DNA of 64,000 nt from Paraspadella gotoi (Eukaryota; Animalia; Chaetognatha): positions 3,780,381 through 3,844,380 of the forward strand of contig CM119264.1 in NCBI GenBank assembly GCA_051294375.1. The letters run 5' to 3'. A program made the position numbers and the translations under genes. Under the pieces are notes generated by a model. It saw nothing but the letters and a program-made list of their open reading frames with translations. It ran no database searches and was not told the origin of the DNA. This document shows, piece by piece, positions 39,601 to 50,407 of this stretch (positions are counted from its first letter, which is position 1; each line of letters begins with the position of its first letter).

Positions 39601-41708
39601 CTTTTTTATAGGCTATCTGAATCCGTTCTTAAAAATTAAAATTAAAAAAAAAATTATTGCCAATAATATAATGCTTCAATGTTATACTGTGCTTCACTCA
39701 TTAAAGCGATAATAAATATTGATTAAGTATATGATAAACAAATGAATTTAATATTACAGAACTCCTAATGATAAAAAGTGGTCAATTTTGGCCCGCCTTA
39801 ATATTAATATATGCTTTCATTAAGCAATCGTTTAAAAATATTCACCTCGATAACCTCCGTAATATTCTTAATTTTTTCATCTTTCAGACTATCTTTCGCG
39901 AGGTCTTCAAAAGATACGCTCACTTCTTTCGATAACGGCGCTTTATAAAAAACGGTTTTGTGGTATTGATGAAGGAGCAACGGATCTGAAGAAAAAAAGT
40001 CGTTAAAATTCGAAATGGGCTACATTTTTAAATTAACGCAAAATAATGATTACTTTTTTCCGCTTCTTGTAGTAATTCAAAAAGATGACGAGCAATGTGG
40101 GTTTTTAGGGAAGCCATTGCAACATCTGAATCTCTTGAGGTGAACTTCTTCTGACACTTGCCTAGAATTCACACAATAAAAAAATAAGAAAAAAATACAG
40201 AAGGCTTCATATTATAAAATGAGGTACGCCAGTACCCTTTTTTTTGACCAGAATCTGTTCTTACCAAACTACCTGATCGAATTTCATGAAATTTTAATAT
40301 TCAACCACTGACAAGAGATACAGGGCCTTGGGGGTGGACCCCTGGGAGCCAAAAAAAAATAATTAAGCATAGTTTAAAGATGCATGGTTCATCATTTTAG
40401 TTTTTACTTCCAATTTTACCAAATAATTCCAAAACTGACTTGAACTCCTGAGTTTATGAAGCTGAAAATTAAAGGTAAACTAATATTTTTGTGGTCATAA
40501 TACGTTTTTGTGGAAAAGTAAACGTCTATAACTGTTCAAAACAAAAATAATGAAAAAAATTTGTGATCATTTTTTGCCTCTCCGGGGCCCCATATCTCGG
40601 CTCAGGGGTCAAATATTGAAATTCGCCTGATAGTTCTATTTGTATTTACATAGGGATCGTTCATACTAAATTTCAATAAATTTGGTCCAGTATTTTCTCG
40701 GAACGTGTTCTGGTCACAAAAAAGGGTATTATGGCAACGGGAGGATAGCCTGTGATACCGGGCGCGGGGTATCTCACCAACTGGCGTTGGGCTGCGGACC
40801 CTCAGTGACCGCCTCCTGTCACTGGCATGTTTATACCGGCACCGTCACATTTAAGCCAGAACCGGATACCCAGGATTGAACCCGGACGCACGGATGGAAT
40901 GAGATGATTTAGCCTGCTCAGCCATTGAGACGAGGCTGAGGACGGACAGCAGTGAGGCAGCTTTAAGTCTTGCTGCCACAGTACCTTATTTTATAATATG
41001 AATCCTTCTGTATTGACCTTAAAGCTTATCTCATAATCATGCTTTGAGAAGAAAAAACTAAATGTAATACATAGGTATGAAACAATTACCGGGTAGAAAG
41101 GCGCAACTGACTGTGAAACTGTGATTTAACGGATTTGTTGTCAAGTTTGTGAATAGCGTTAATAACGCAGATATTGATAAAGACTGAATAGCTTCAAGCG
41201 TCAAAGATTGAATGCCTCGGAGAACTTCAGTAGATAGGTCCTGTGAGGATAAGTTGAATTGAATTGATAAAAATGTTATTCAAATTTTTTAACAAGGAAT
41301 TAAAAAAACCAAACGAAAAAAAGTCGGTTTCGCAGTTTAATAATGAAAAAAGCACACACCTTTACGTATAACTAGAAACCTGAAAGCTGCGCGAGTAAAT
41401 AATTTATATCATAACAATAAATAATTCAACAAAAACAAATATTAACTTTACATCATGTGAATACTAATGACCATATCTCACCTGACCCCCCTCGACGACG
41501 TATTCAGTCTCTCCATGAACGGATGTATCGTTCTTCGTCTCTTCCGTCTCCTCCAACGTAGCGGCTGCGACGTGAGCAAGTACGTCCAGCGAAACAGTCG
41601 AGGGGCCCACTGTAACTGAAAGGTCCGAGTATCAGACGCCGTTCGGACAGAGACGGGTTCGAATGTCTTCACAAACAACTTACCGGAATCCTCGTCGAGG
41701 CGCGACAT
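35114..41708 (-). CDS. C2H2 zinc-finger transcription factor, multi-exon (middle exons duplicated in the assembly)
   Basis: Four C-terminal fingers: [66 protein letters not shown]. An atypical N-terminal finger CAFLPGKCQKKF..HIARH spans exons at ~41240-41090 and ~40161-40055. The last exon ends AEEGR* at 35114. The start is tentative. Confidence 0.85.
35980..39365. repeat. Near-identical tandem duplication inside the zinc-finger gene
   Basis: 35980-37505 matches 37864-39365 apart from a few SNPs and indels. A partial third copy (37506-37853) abuts a 10-N gap. Confidence 0.9.
39368..39798. mobile_element. MITE-like element in a zinc-finger gene intron
   Basis: Ends are TA-AGGCGG ... CCGCCT-TA. 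Internal inverted pairs are gttctgtaatat/atattacagaac and aacggattc/gaatccgtt. Confidence 0.65.
40198..41010. mobile_element. Tc1/mariner-type MITE with TA target duplication
   Basis: TA-cagaaggcttcatattataaaatgaggtac pairs with gtaccttattttataatatgaatccttctg-TA. The inverted repeat continues at 40230-40300 vs 40660-40730. Confidence 0.85.
40735..40940 (-). mobile_element. tRNA-derived SINE inserted in the MITE's right inverted repeat
   Basis: The minus strand has an A-box TGGCTGAGCAGG and a B-box GGTTCAATCC, followed by a GC-rich body. There is no complete cloverleaf. Confidence 0.65.
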
Positions 41709-41994
41709 TTTTTTTCGAAAAAGCCGCGTCGCAAAATCGTCGCCTTTCCGCGTTTCTGCTGTTATTTTCTGCTTATTTCAAGGGTGGACAGTCTGCAAAT
41801 GAGTCTGCCAGTCGTCCGCCATCCGTCTGCTGATGTCCGTCTGCTCCGCTAGTTGTCTCTGCCGACTGTCCATCCTCCTCTTTATCTTTTTCCCCCTCTT
41901 CCTCCTTGAATTTATTTTCTCTGTTCTCCTCCTCTTCATCATATTTCTCCTGTTTCTTCATTTACGTTTTTCTCCTTTTTCTCTTCCTCTTCAT

Positions 41995-42055
41995 TCTCTC
42001 AGCCAATCAGATTAATTACTTTTTTTTTCTACTCCTCTTTTTAACCAATCAGAGA
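41995..42055. promoter_or_regulatory. Paired CCAAT boxes in the divergent zinc-finger/ankyrin-gene promoter
   Basis: agccaatcag (42001) and aaccaatcag (42043) match the NF-Y consensus and sit between two divergent start codons. Confidence 0.5.
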
Positions 42056-42372
42056 GAGATATTTTCTTCTAGTTGTTGGCAGACCAGTACTCAATAACAA
42101 CTAATCAGTCAGTCAATCAAGGACAATTACTAAATGAAAGTTTATATTACATGAATTTTGATGGCTTGTGTTTATTTTAAGTCTAACTATTACCGCTAAT
42201 CGATTTCTGTTATCATTGTATCGGTAATTATCCAAATATCTTTTAGATCCTCGTAAAAAACGAGCCGAGCTCGACGACAATTATGCCGTTGACCGCGGTG
42301 GTCAAGGGCGTCTTTGGTCGTGACATTTGCTCTACGCAGCCCGAACTGAATCTTCTTCGATAAGACGAAAAC

Positions 42373-43818
42373 ATGGGGAATTTAACTTCGAGCTACGAGA
42401 GCAGTAGGCGCGAGCTCCGTCTCAGACTCTACCAGGCGATCCTGGAGAACGACTACGCCAACGCCAAAGAGATCGTCTTGGCCATCTCTCCCAACTTCGT
42501 CTACAGCACAGAGCCTGGAGACGAGGCGCGATTTATGAAGACTCCATTGCTGATCGCCGTGTCTCTGCAAAATATTCAAATGGTCCGCCTCCTCGTCCAC
42601 GCCGGAGCCGATTGCAACATTGGTGTGGGTCCGCTGGGTCTGCCCATTCACCGGGCCGCCTTGAAGAACGACGTGTCCCTCGTCCAGGCGCTGCTCGAGG
42701 GCAACGTCAACCCAAACCTACAGAACAAGTCGGACGGCATTACAGCCCTCTACCTCGCCGTCCGGAACAATAACCTGAAGATGGTGTCGCTCCTCTTGTC
42801 AGTCAAGGCCGACCCCAACAATCATCACAAGACCCACAAAGTGGCGCTGATCAAGGCCGTCAAGTGCGCCTACGTGGACATCGTGAAGGAGCTGCTGAGT
42901 CAAGGGGCCAACCCCAACGCGCACGACAAGTATGGGCGTCTTCCGATCAACTGGGCTTTCAATCGATCCTCGTACAAAAACGTCGCCGAGTGCAATAAGA
43001 TGGTCAAGCTTCTCCTCTACTCCAACTGCGACGTCAACAAACAGAACTTTTGCGGTTTGACCGCCTTGCACTACGCATCCTCGCGGAAGGACATGTGGGA
43101 ATTGGAAGACTTTGTCAGGGATATGAGAGACTCCGCCTCGGTGCCCAACTTTCAATGGCTGCTGCAGGATCAGAATCAAGTGGATCTGGCGAGAAACGCG
43201 CGGGCCAGGGACGAACGGGCGGCGATCGGTGACGGCGAAGACGACGATGGCGAGGACGATCGTCGCTCGACGACCGGATTGAGCGACTCTTGGCGCCGAC
43301 GAAATCTTGCCGCCGAAGGCAACATCGAGTGCGTGGAACTTCTTCTGGAGGCTGGTTGCGATCCCGACCTGGCCACGGAGGGCGGGATCACCCCACTCTG
43401 GATAGCCGCCTACGAACGTAACCACCTCGTAGTGAAGCTGCTCATAATGTATGGATGCAACATTAACAAGTACGGGGAGTTTTCTGAGACAGACATTTGG
43501 AAGCACATTCCCAAGTCCCCCTTTCGTATCGCCATGGAGCGAGGGAACTACGCCATCGCGCGGACTTTTCTAAAGGCCGGCTGCAACATCCGCCAGGAGT
43601 CGTGGCTCTACACTGGCGCAAACATCGAGATGAATCGGGAGAATGTGGCGCTCTTGAAGGAGATTAGGGACGAGAATGAGAATCCGGGTTCGCTCAAGTC
43701 ACTTGTCCGTACCACAATTCGAAACGTGATCAAGAAGAAGGGAGTCGTTAAGAAAATTAACGCTCTGCCCCTACCGAGGCAGTTGAAGGAGTATTTACTT
43801 TTTCAAGATCTCTTTTGA
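42373..43818 (+). CDS. Ankyrin repeat and SOCS box protein (ASB family), single coding exon, 481 aa
   Basis: Multiple ankyrin repeats (TPLLIAV, TALYLAV, TALHYA, TPLWIAA) and a C-terminal SOCS box PGSLKSLVRTTIR...LPLPRQLKEYL. Confidence 0.95.
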   Translation: MGNLTSSYESSRRELRLRLYQAILENDYANAKEIVLAISPNFVYSTEPGDEARFMKTPLLIAVSLQNIQMVRLLVHAGADCNIGVGPLGLPIHRAALKNDVSLVQALLEGNVNPNLQNKSDGITALYLAVRNNNLKMVSLLLSVKADPNNHHKTHKVALIKAVKCAYVDIVKELLSQGANPNAHDKYGRLPINWAFNRSSYKNVAECNKMVKLLLYSNCDVNKQNFCGLTALHYASSRKDMWELEDFVRDMRDSASVPNFQWLLQDQNQVDLARNARARDERAAIGDGEDDDGEDDRRSTTGLSDSWRRRNLAAEGNIECVELLLEAGCDPDLATEGGITPLWIAAYERNHLVVKLLIMYGCNINKYGEFSETDIWKHIPKSPFRIAMERGNYAIARTFLKAGCNIRQESWLYTGANIEMNRENVALLKEIRDENENPGSLKSLVRTTIRNVIKKKGVVKKINALPLPRQLKEYLLFQDLF

Positions 43819-44690
43819 CGGTTTTACGTGTTGTGTTTTTTAGTCTCGTCTCTTTTTGAATTCCATTTTTAGCTTATTTTTCTTTATTACGCTCCCATTA
43901 ACTGATTAAGGGACAGGTCGCACCTACCCTTTTAGTCGTCACGGTTTTCGCCATGTTTTGTTTCTTATTTAAAATTAAAAGCGCCAAAAAGGCCTATTTA
44001 CTGTGAAATCTCGCACCTTACAAGTCGGACATTCCAAAGTGGACTCTTCTTAATATACGCGTCAAATTCCCTCTCTAGTCTGAATATGTTTTACACATAG
44101 CTAAGGCTTCAGTATCGCAAGTTTTATTTTATAAAAATATTCACTTAACACTGGAGGCCTTTACTTGACGTGTTAATTCTTTGACTTCCTAATTAGCCAC
44201 TCGATTCATTTTTTACCATTTCAATGTTACCACCTTTTAATTTACTACAAGCATTAAAACATTGAGAAATCCTCAGTTTAAAAAACCCACCATTTTAGTA
44301 TTTTTTTCATCGTTATTCAATAAACACGTTAACCATTTGTTCTTAGGAATCTAATAAAAAAAAGTGATGAGTTTATTCCAGTGTTTACTCATTCGTCGGT
44401 TGATTTCATCGAATCACCGCCATTTTCGTGTTTTTGTCGTTCGTTGCCGAATTTTTACAATTTTTCACGTAGGACAAGTTTTATTTCCTCGTCGCAAACC
44501 GACGCCTCTTTCTTCCGGCCACGAAGGACATCGAGAAATGCTGCCGATAATGTTCGCTTTGATGCCAAGAACTTTTCGCGTTGATATGAGGACTTTGTCG
44601 CGACCGTAAGCTGGTCCAATTATTGCGAAGCGGAACCCGCCTCCCCCCCGCCCTTCTATGCCCTTGCTCGTTTACTCATTCTCCTTCGGC

Positions 44691-47600
44691 ATGTCTCGTG
44701 GAAAGATCCGAAGCGCTGCGGAGGTATGAATTATTGGTACATAAATGCCAAATATACATGTATCTGTCATTTTAAAACATCATTTCAGGTATGCGCGGAC
44801 TGCTTTGCTCCAGATCCCGGGTGGGCTTCTGTCAATCGCGGCGTTTTGATTTGCGACGAGTGCTGCTCCGTCCACCGAAGCCTCGGCCGTCACGTTTCCC
44901 AGATCAAGTCCCTGCGCAAAGGATCCTGGGTTCCAACACAGCTGGCTATGGTGCACGCACTGGCAGCTTCGGGTAGGTTTTTTTGGAGGATGGAAATAAT
45001 TTTTTTGGTTAACTGACTCTATTCGACTCTATTCACTCCAAACAGGTGCCAACCACATTTGGGAACACTCCCTACTGCTCGACAACAAGATGCAGCGTCG
45101 GAAACCCTCCGCCAAGGACCCAGTCCACCCGAACAAGGCCGACTTTATTCGCGCCAAGTATCACAACCTTGCCTTCACTCGCCGACTTAACAGCAACGAC
45201 GCCGAGAGGGTCAATGACATCTCCCGGCAGCTGCATTCCTGCGTCAGGACGGACAACCTTGGTGAGAGAGAGAGAGAGAATGTTGGAAATGATTAAAAAG
45301 TTATTTGGTTTCTAAACCTAACGCAATGAATCGAAAGAAGTATAATTTCGATAAATACAGAAAACTTTTATTCTTTTCCTATAGAAACGACATTACGCCT
45401 TTTGTCCCTCGGATCGGATCCTAACTTTCTCCACCCGGAGAAAGGCACGGCGCCGCTCCACGTGGCCGCCAAGGCCGGGCAGATCCTGCAGATCGAAGTG
45501 CTCGTTGTTTACGGCGCCGATCCCGGCGGCAGCGACGTCAACGGCGACACCGTCGTTGATTACGCTCGGACGGCGGGTGGGTGATGTTTGACGGCTGTTA
45601 TTAATTGCATGACTGACAATTTTCTGTTTTTAAGGTCAACTTTATGCTAATATCGATAACTATTACTCGGAATGTAATACAATTAAGTAAAATAAAACTG
45701 CAAATCCTCTCCCCCTCAGGTCACAAAGACATCGCGGATCGTCTAGTCGAACTCCAGTACGAACTCACGGATCGAATCGCCTTTTATCTCTGCGGCCGCA
45801 AACCCGCCCATCGCAACGGTCACCACTTCATCATCCCCGAGATGGCGGACAACGCCTCCGATCTCTCGGAATTGGCCAAAGCCGCCAAGAGGAAGTTGAC
45901 CACTTTAGCCAACAAGCTCTTTGAGGAATTGGCCATGGATGTCTATGACGAAGTTGATCGGCGAGAGTTGGACGAAATCTGGTACTCGGGAACCGGTAAG
46001 TACCGAGTAGTCATCGTGGGGATTTGCAAAAAATACAGTATTTCCTTTTCTTTTTTTCTTTCAATCACTGTATTTCCCAATTCATTATTAATGTCTATTT
46101 TCCATTGGTTTATGTCCTTTCGCCCCTTTTCAGTAAACCGCAACACCCTTGTGTCGGATCGATCGGTGCCGTTTCTCCCAGTCAACTCTCAGCTCTCTGC
46201 CGTGCGCAACCAGGGGCGACAGAAACTGGCGAGGTTCAACGCTCGCGAGTTCGCCACCCTCATCATCGACATCCTCAACGACGCCAGACGCCGCCAGATG
46301 GGCGTGTCTCCTGGAGGAGGATCCGGTCATTCGAGTCAGTAGTTAAAAGACCTTTATCAATTTACCCAATCGCGAGATCAATCGGTAAATTTAACCCAAT
46401 TAGCGCGGGACGACATCCACAGTCACCTCTTGCTCGAGGGCAAAGATATCGGCGGCGGTAGCAGCACCCGCGTGCCCGTGACCTTCGGCGCTCCGAGCGT
46501 TACTTTCGGCGCCGCGAAGGTGGGCGGGCGGCGCCAATCGGCGGGGAGCGACGACGAGCCAGTCTACGACTCGGTCGCCTCCGACGAGGACTCGCTCGAC
46601 TCTTCCTCTCTGCCAAGGTTCAAATAGTTTCATTTCCTGTTTGTTTGTTAAATACTTACTATCTAGGAAAAAAGTAAATATCATTTTTAGTAGAGGATAT
46701 CTACTCAAAATCTTAATTTATTTTTTAAAAAATCAGAATGTTTTTGAATCTAATTTTTATTTTTTTTCAGTTACTTCATTCCATTGTTTCGTAGGTAAAT
46801 TGTTTAGAAGTTACAGGCAAAAAAAGATCGCTACTTCAAATGGAAAATGGCGAAAAAAATGTTTAGTTTTCTATTATTTTTAGTATTTATTTATTTGTTT
46901 TTATTTCAAATAAAATTAATTATTTTTTTAATTTTTTTAAAAATTTAATAATGCTAAAAGCATTGCACCTCTTTTTGGTTCAAAAAAGTGCCATTATAAT
47001 TTTCAGAAAAGAGGGAAAGACGCGCAACATCAATATCAAGCTTGAAAAGAATAGCGTTAAAGATGTGGAAAAATATTTTACTGTTAAACTTCAATTCGCT
47101 GTAGAGAGCATGCCCAGACGAATGCAGGCAGTAATCGATGCCGAGGGAGGGCATACCAAATATTAAGAAAGTTTTACCCATATTTTATATATTTTTTATT
47201 GAATAAATGAACTTTCAACAATTATGTGATATACTTTTTTTCCTAGATAGCAAAATCTTAGTAGTTTTAGGAATATGTAAACGTTATATGTGAATGTTTG
47301 TAATAATTTGTTTTCCAGGAAATCCGTCGTTGTTTTGAGCAGCAAAGAAGGAACTCCAGCCACGAACCTGGACTCCGGAGGAAAAGGAGAAAAAGGAAAC
47401 GAAAACTACTACGAAGAAGCCGACGCTGGTTAGTCATTGTTCTTTTACATAGTTGTTGTTGTTTTTTTAAATGGAGTTTTAAAATTTTCAAGTGTGATGA
47501 GTGTTAGACGTAGTGTATAGTTAGCTAAATCTTAAATTTTATTATTTTTAATTCCTCGTTGTCTTTAAGCAAAATTAACAATTTCACTTAATACTAATTT

Positions 47601-49581
47601 AAAAGGCAAAGAAACGAAAAGCTCGAATTATTAATTCCTGGTTTAAATTATATTTAATTATATTAAATTATACCCCATCCTCCGACGTCCCCAAGGGAGC
47701 GAGGAGGAAACCCCCGACGACCTCAAATCCCTCGAACTTCTCAAGTCGCGAAAAGTCTTTATCAACGGCGACGGAAAAGCGGCGCCGCCCGCCGAGGCCG
47801 AGTACGAGAAGATCGAGATCTTTTCCAACTCTGTGCCGATCGAGGCCTACCTCAAGCTCAAGCAGATGCTCGTCGAGTCGGACGGGCGAATCCAGGAGCT
47901 TCTCGCCGCCAATCAGGACTTGAAGCAGGAAGTCGCTCTCTTGCAGAACATGGTGCAAACTTTGATGCAGGAAAACGTAAATCTTCGACGAGCGGCTGGC
48001 GGAGACGCCGCGGCGTCTGCGGCCGCTCCCTCGCTCTCTCAGCTCCGCGTCTCCCAGTTCCACCAGGCGCTCCTTAAGGAGAACGGACTCGCCGAGTTCT
48101 ATCCTTCGCCGTTCGACGCGGGTTCTGCGTTTCGTTCTCGTGAGCGAGAGGAGAACAGGATTAACAACAACGACGAGGAGGATGACGACAACGCCCCGCG
48201 CAAGCTCGCCGGGAATCCTCTTCTCGACTCTCGTCTCTCGAACGTGACGCAGCAACTCAACCGCACCTCCAACGCGTTGGAAAAGGTCGCCGGCAACTTT
48301 GTCTTCAACGGCACGACGACGCATTCACCACCGGCGACGCCGTCTGACGGAACGTCGCCGTCTTCCCACCGCGCAGCGTCGCGTGACGACTCCTCGATCC
48401 GAACAGCGCCGGCGCGGGTCACCTCCCGCAGCTTTCAAGTCGGCGGCGGTGGCGGCGCGTCCGGCCGCGGGCGGAATCGACCAGTCTCCATGTTCGAACC
48501 CCGCCTGGGAACGACAGAGGCCGTCGACGAACCTTTGCCCTCGCCGACCAACCATCTGGGTTGGGTCAATTCCTATTCGGCCCGCGGGGATGGTCCGGCT
48601 GGAAATGTTCACCAGGACCACACGGCATCCTGCTTCCAGCTGCCGACCACACCGGAGCAGGCGGAGGGCATGCAAGGACCGCGACGTCAAACCACGCCAA
48701 TTTCCGATCCCCGATCGACGACGCGAAATGGATCGACCAGGTTCGCCACTGGTGCCAAAAACGGAATGGGGCGTCTCTTGGAGGAAGATTCAGCCGAAGA
48801 CTTGGCTCTCGCCGGAGCCGTCGGACCCGGAGGAACTGGGGGCGGGAAGGTCGCCAAGGTGACGGTAGATTCGTTCCTGCCGCGGGAAGAGGACGTCATC
48901 AGGTGAAACAGAGAGAGATATTAAACATTGTCTTTTCCCTAAATTAACGGTTATCTTTCTCACAGAAAAACTGAAAAAATCACGAAGAAAATTCAAGATC
49001 TTCTGGTGGCGGCGCAAGAAGGACGCAGCAACGAGTACGCCCCCGCCGCTGACCGAATCTGCTACGCCGTGTCGGACATGCGTTCGCTCTTTCCAGAAAA
49101 TCCCAGTCGCGAAAACATCCGTTCTGCATTGGTGTTGCTTCAGGTGAGATCGAACGCCTTTTTATTTTTAGCAAGGCTCTGTTTTCAACATGATTATCTA
49201 GAGAATTGACAAAGTTTTTGTTTGCAACGAATTTTATTTATAGTTGAACAGACATGTTTCGACTTGTTTTACAAGTCTTCATCAGCGTTTGTAAAACAAG
49301 TCGAAACATGTCTGTTCAACTATAAATAAAATTCGTTGCAAACAAAAACTTTGTCAATTCTCTAATTAATAGTAACAACGAAAAAGAAAGGATTACTTCA
49401 ACATGATTATCGTAATTGTTTTTAATGCGTCCTGTAGGCATCGGCGTATCGTCTTCAGGCCGAGTGCCACGAAAAGTCGATGCCGGGAAACGAATACCCG
49501 CCTTTGGAAATCCCCCACGTGATACAAAGGGCCTACGACATCGCAAAAGCCGCAAAGGCTCTCGTCACCGAATTTCAATGA
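44691..49581 (+). CDS. GIT: ARF GTPase-activating protein GIT1/2 homologue, multi-exon
   Basis: MSRGK.. start; ArfGAP zinc finger CADC..WASVNRGVLICDECCSVHRSLG; ankyrin repeats; Spa2-homology repeats (FEELAMDVYDEVDRRE, RNQGRQKLARFNAREFATLIIDIL); a coiled coil; and the C-terminal paxillin-binding region AYDIAKAAKALV..*. Confidence 0.96.
46659..47250 (+). mobile_element. Internally deleted Tc1 element in a GIT intron
   Basis: Inverted ends are TA-ctatctaggaaaaaagta and tactttttttcctagatag. It retains the Tc1 transposase C-terminus VESMPRRMQAVIDAEGGHTKY*. Confidence 0.88.
49199..49364. mobile_element. Perfect fold-back palindrome carrying a Penelope-type hammerhead (copy 2), in the last GIT intron
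   Basis: Perfect 76-bp inverted arms (49199-49274 and 49289-49364) flank the 14-nt spacer gtcttcatcagcgt. Confidence 0.88.
49247..49289 (-). ncRNA. Minimal type I hammerhead ribozyme motif
   Basis: The minus strand reads AACG-CTGATGA-A-GACTTG(taaaa)CAAGTC-GAAA-CATGTC-TGTT. Stem I is AACG/TGTT, stem II is 6 bp, stem III is palindromic, and the cleavage site is GUC. Confidence 0.8.
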
Positions 49582-50407
49582 GGCCGAAAAGTGTAAAAAG
49601 AAATATGTTAAATGAATTAAAAATAGATAACTTCTTGAAAAGCGACTTAACAGTTTAGAAATTATTTCGAACTTTTAATTCCGCAATTCCTAAGGAATTA
49701 TTATTCAAAACGAAATTGCATCGAATTATATCTAACGGTACAAATATTTTTTGGTTGTGGGAATGGGAAATTTTAAATTGTCATTTTTTTTACTACTCGA
49801 AGTTTTCATCCCAAGTGCCTTCTTCGCATTTCATTGGGCCAGTTGCTTAGTGGATAATTTTTTTAAATACGTATGTAGTTTGAAAATTGTGATTGAAATT
49901 TTAACGATCTACCAAAAACCTAATTTATCATTTTTCTTATTTTGATAAAGTCAGATCCAATTTTGCTTTTGAAGTCAAATATGCAACTTTTTTTCATCAA
50001 TACTTTCGAGTGTTTTTGGTCAATTTTTTAGAGAAAGTTCTGATCTTTTAAAGATTGTAAATTAGTAGGTGTCGTTAAAAACTACCTTTCTTTTATCATC
50101 CTTTCGTACGTTTTCAAAGTACTAGGTTGGCACTACTTATTTATTGTTTGTACCCTAAGGTTTATCGTTTTTTTATCCCATGGTTTTTATTTTAGTCTTC
50201 ATCACTTATCGTATTAGCACTAATCGGCATGAGAAGTGTGATATTTCTTTGCTTTTTTTGCTAATCCCTGAATGCAAGCTACTATCAAACGAACTCTTGT
50301 TCCGAACTTACCCGTTAACGTTTTAGAATCCGTGCCTTCTATATTTTTTATATTCTATACAAACTTTGCCGTTTTATGAACAGTTGTCAAAGTTAAAATT
50401 TTAAAAA

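Noticed and set aside
42799-43506. Long antisense ORFs over ASB, the orphan gene (33898-34545) and GIT (47668-48324)
   Set aside because: They are shadows of GC-rich coding sequence with no recognisable domains.
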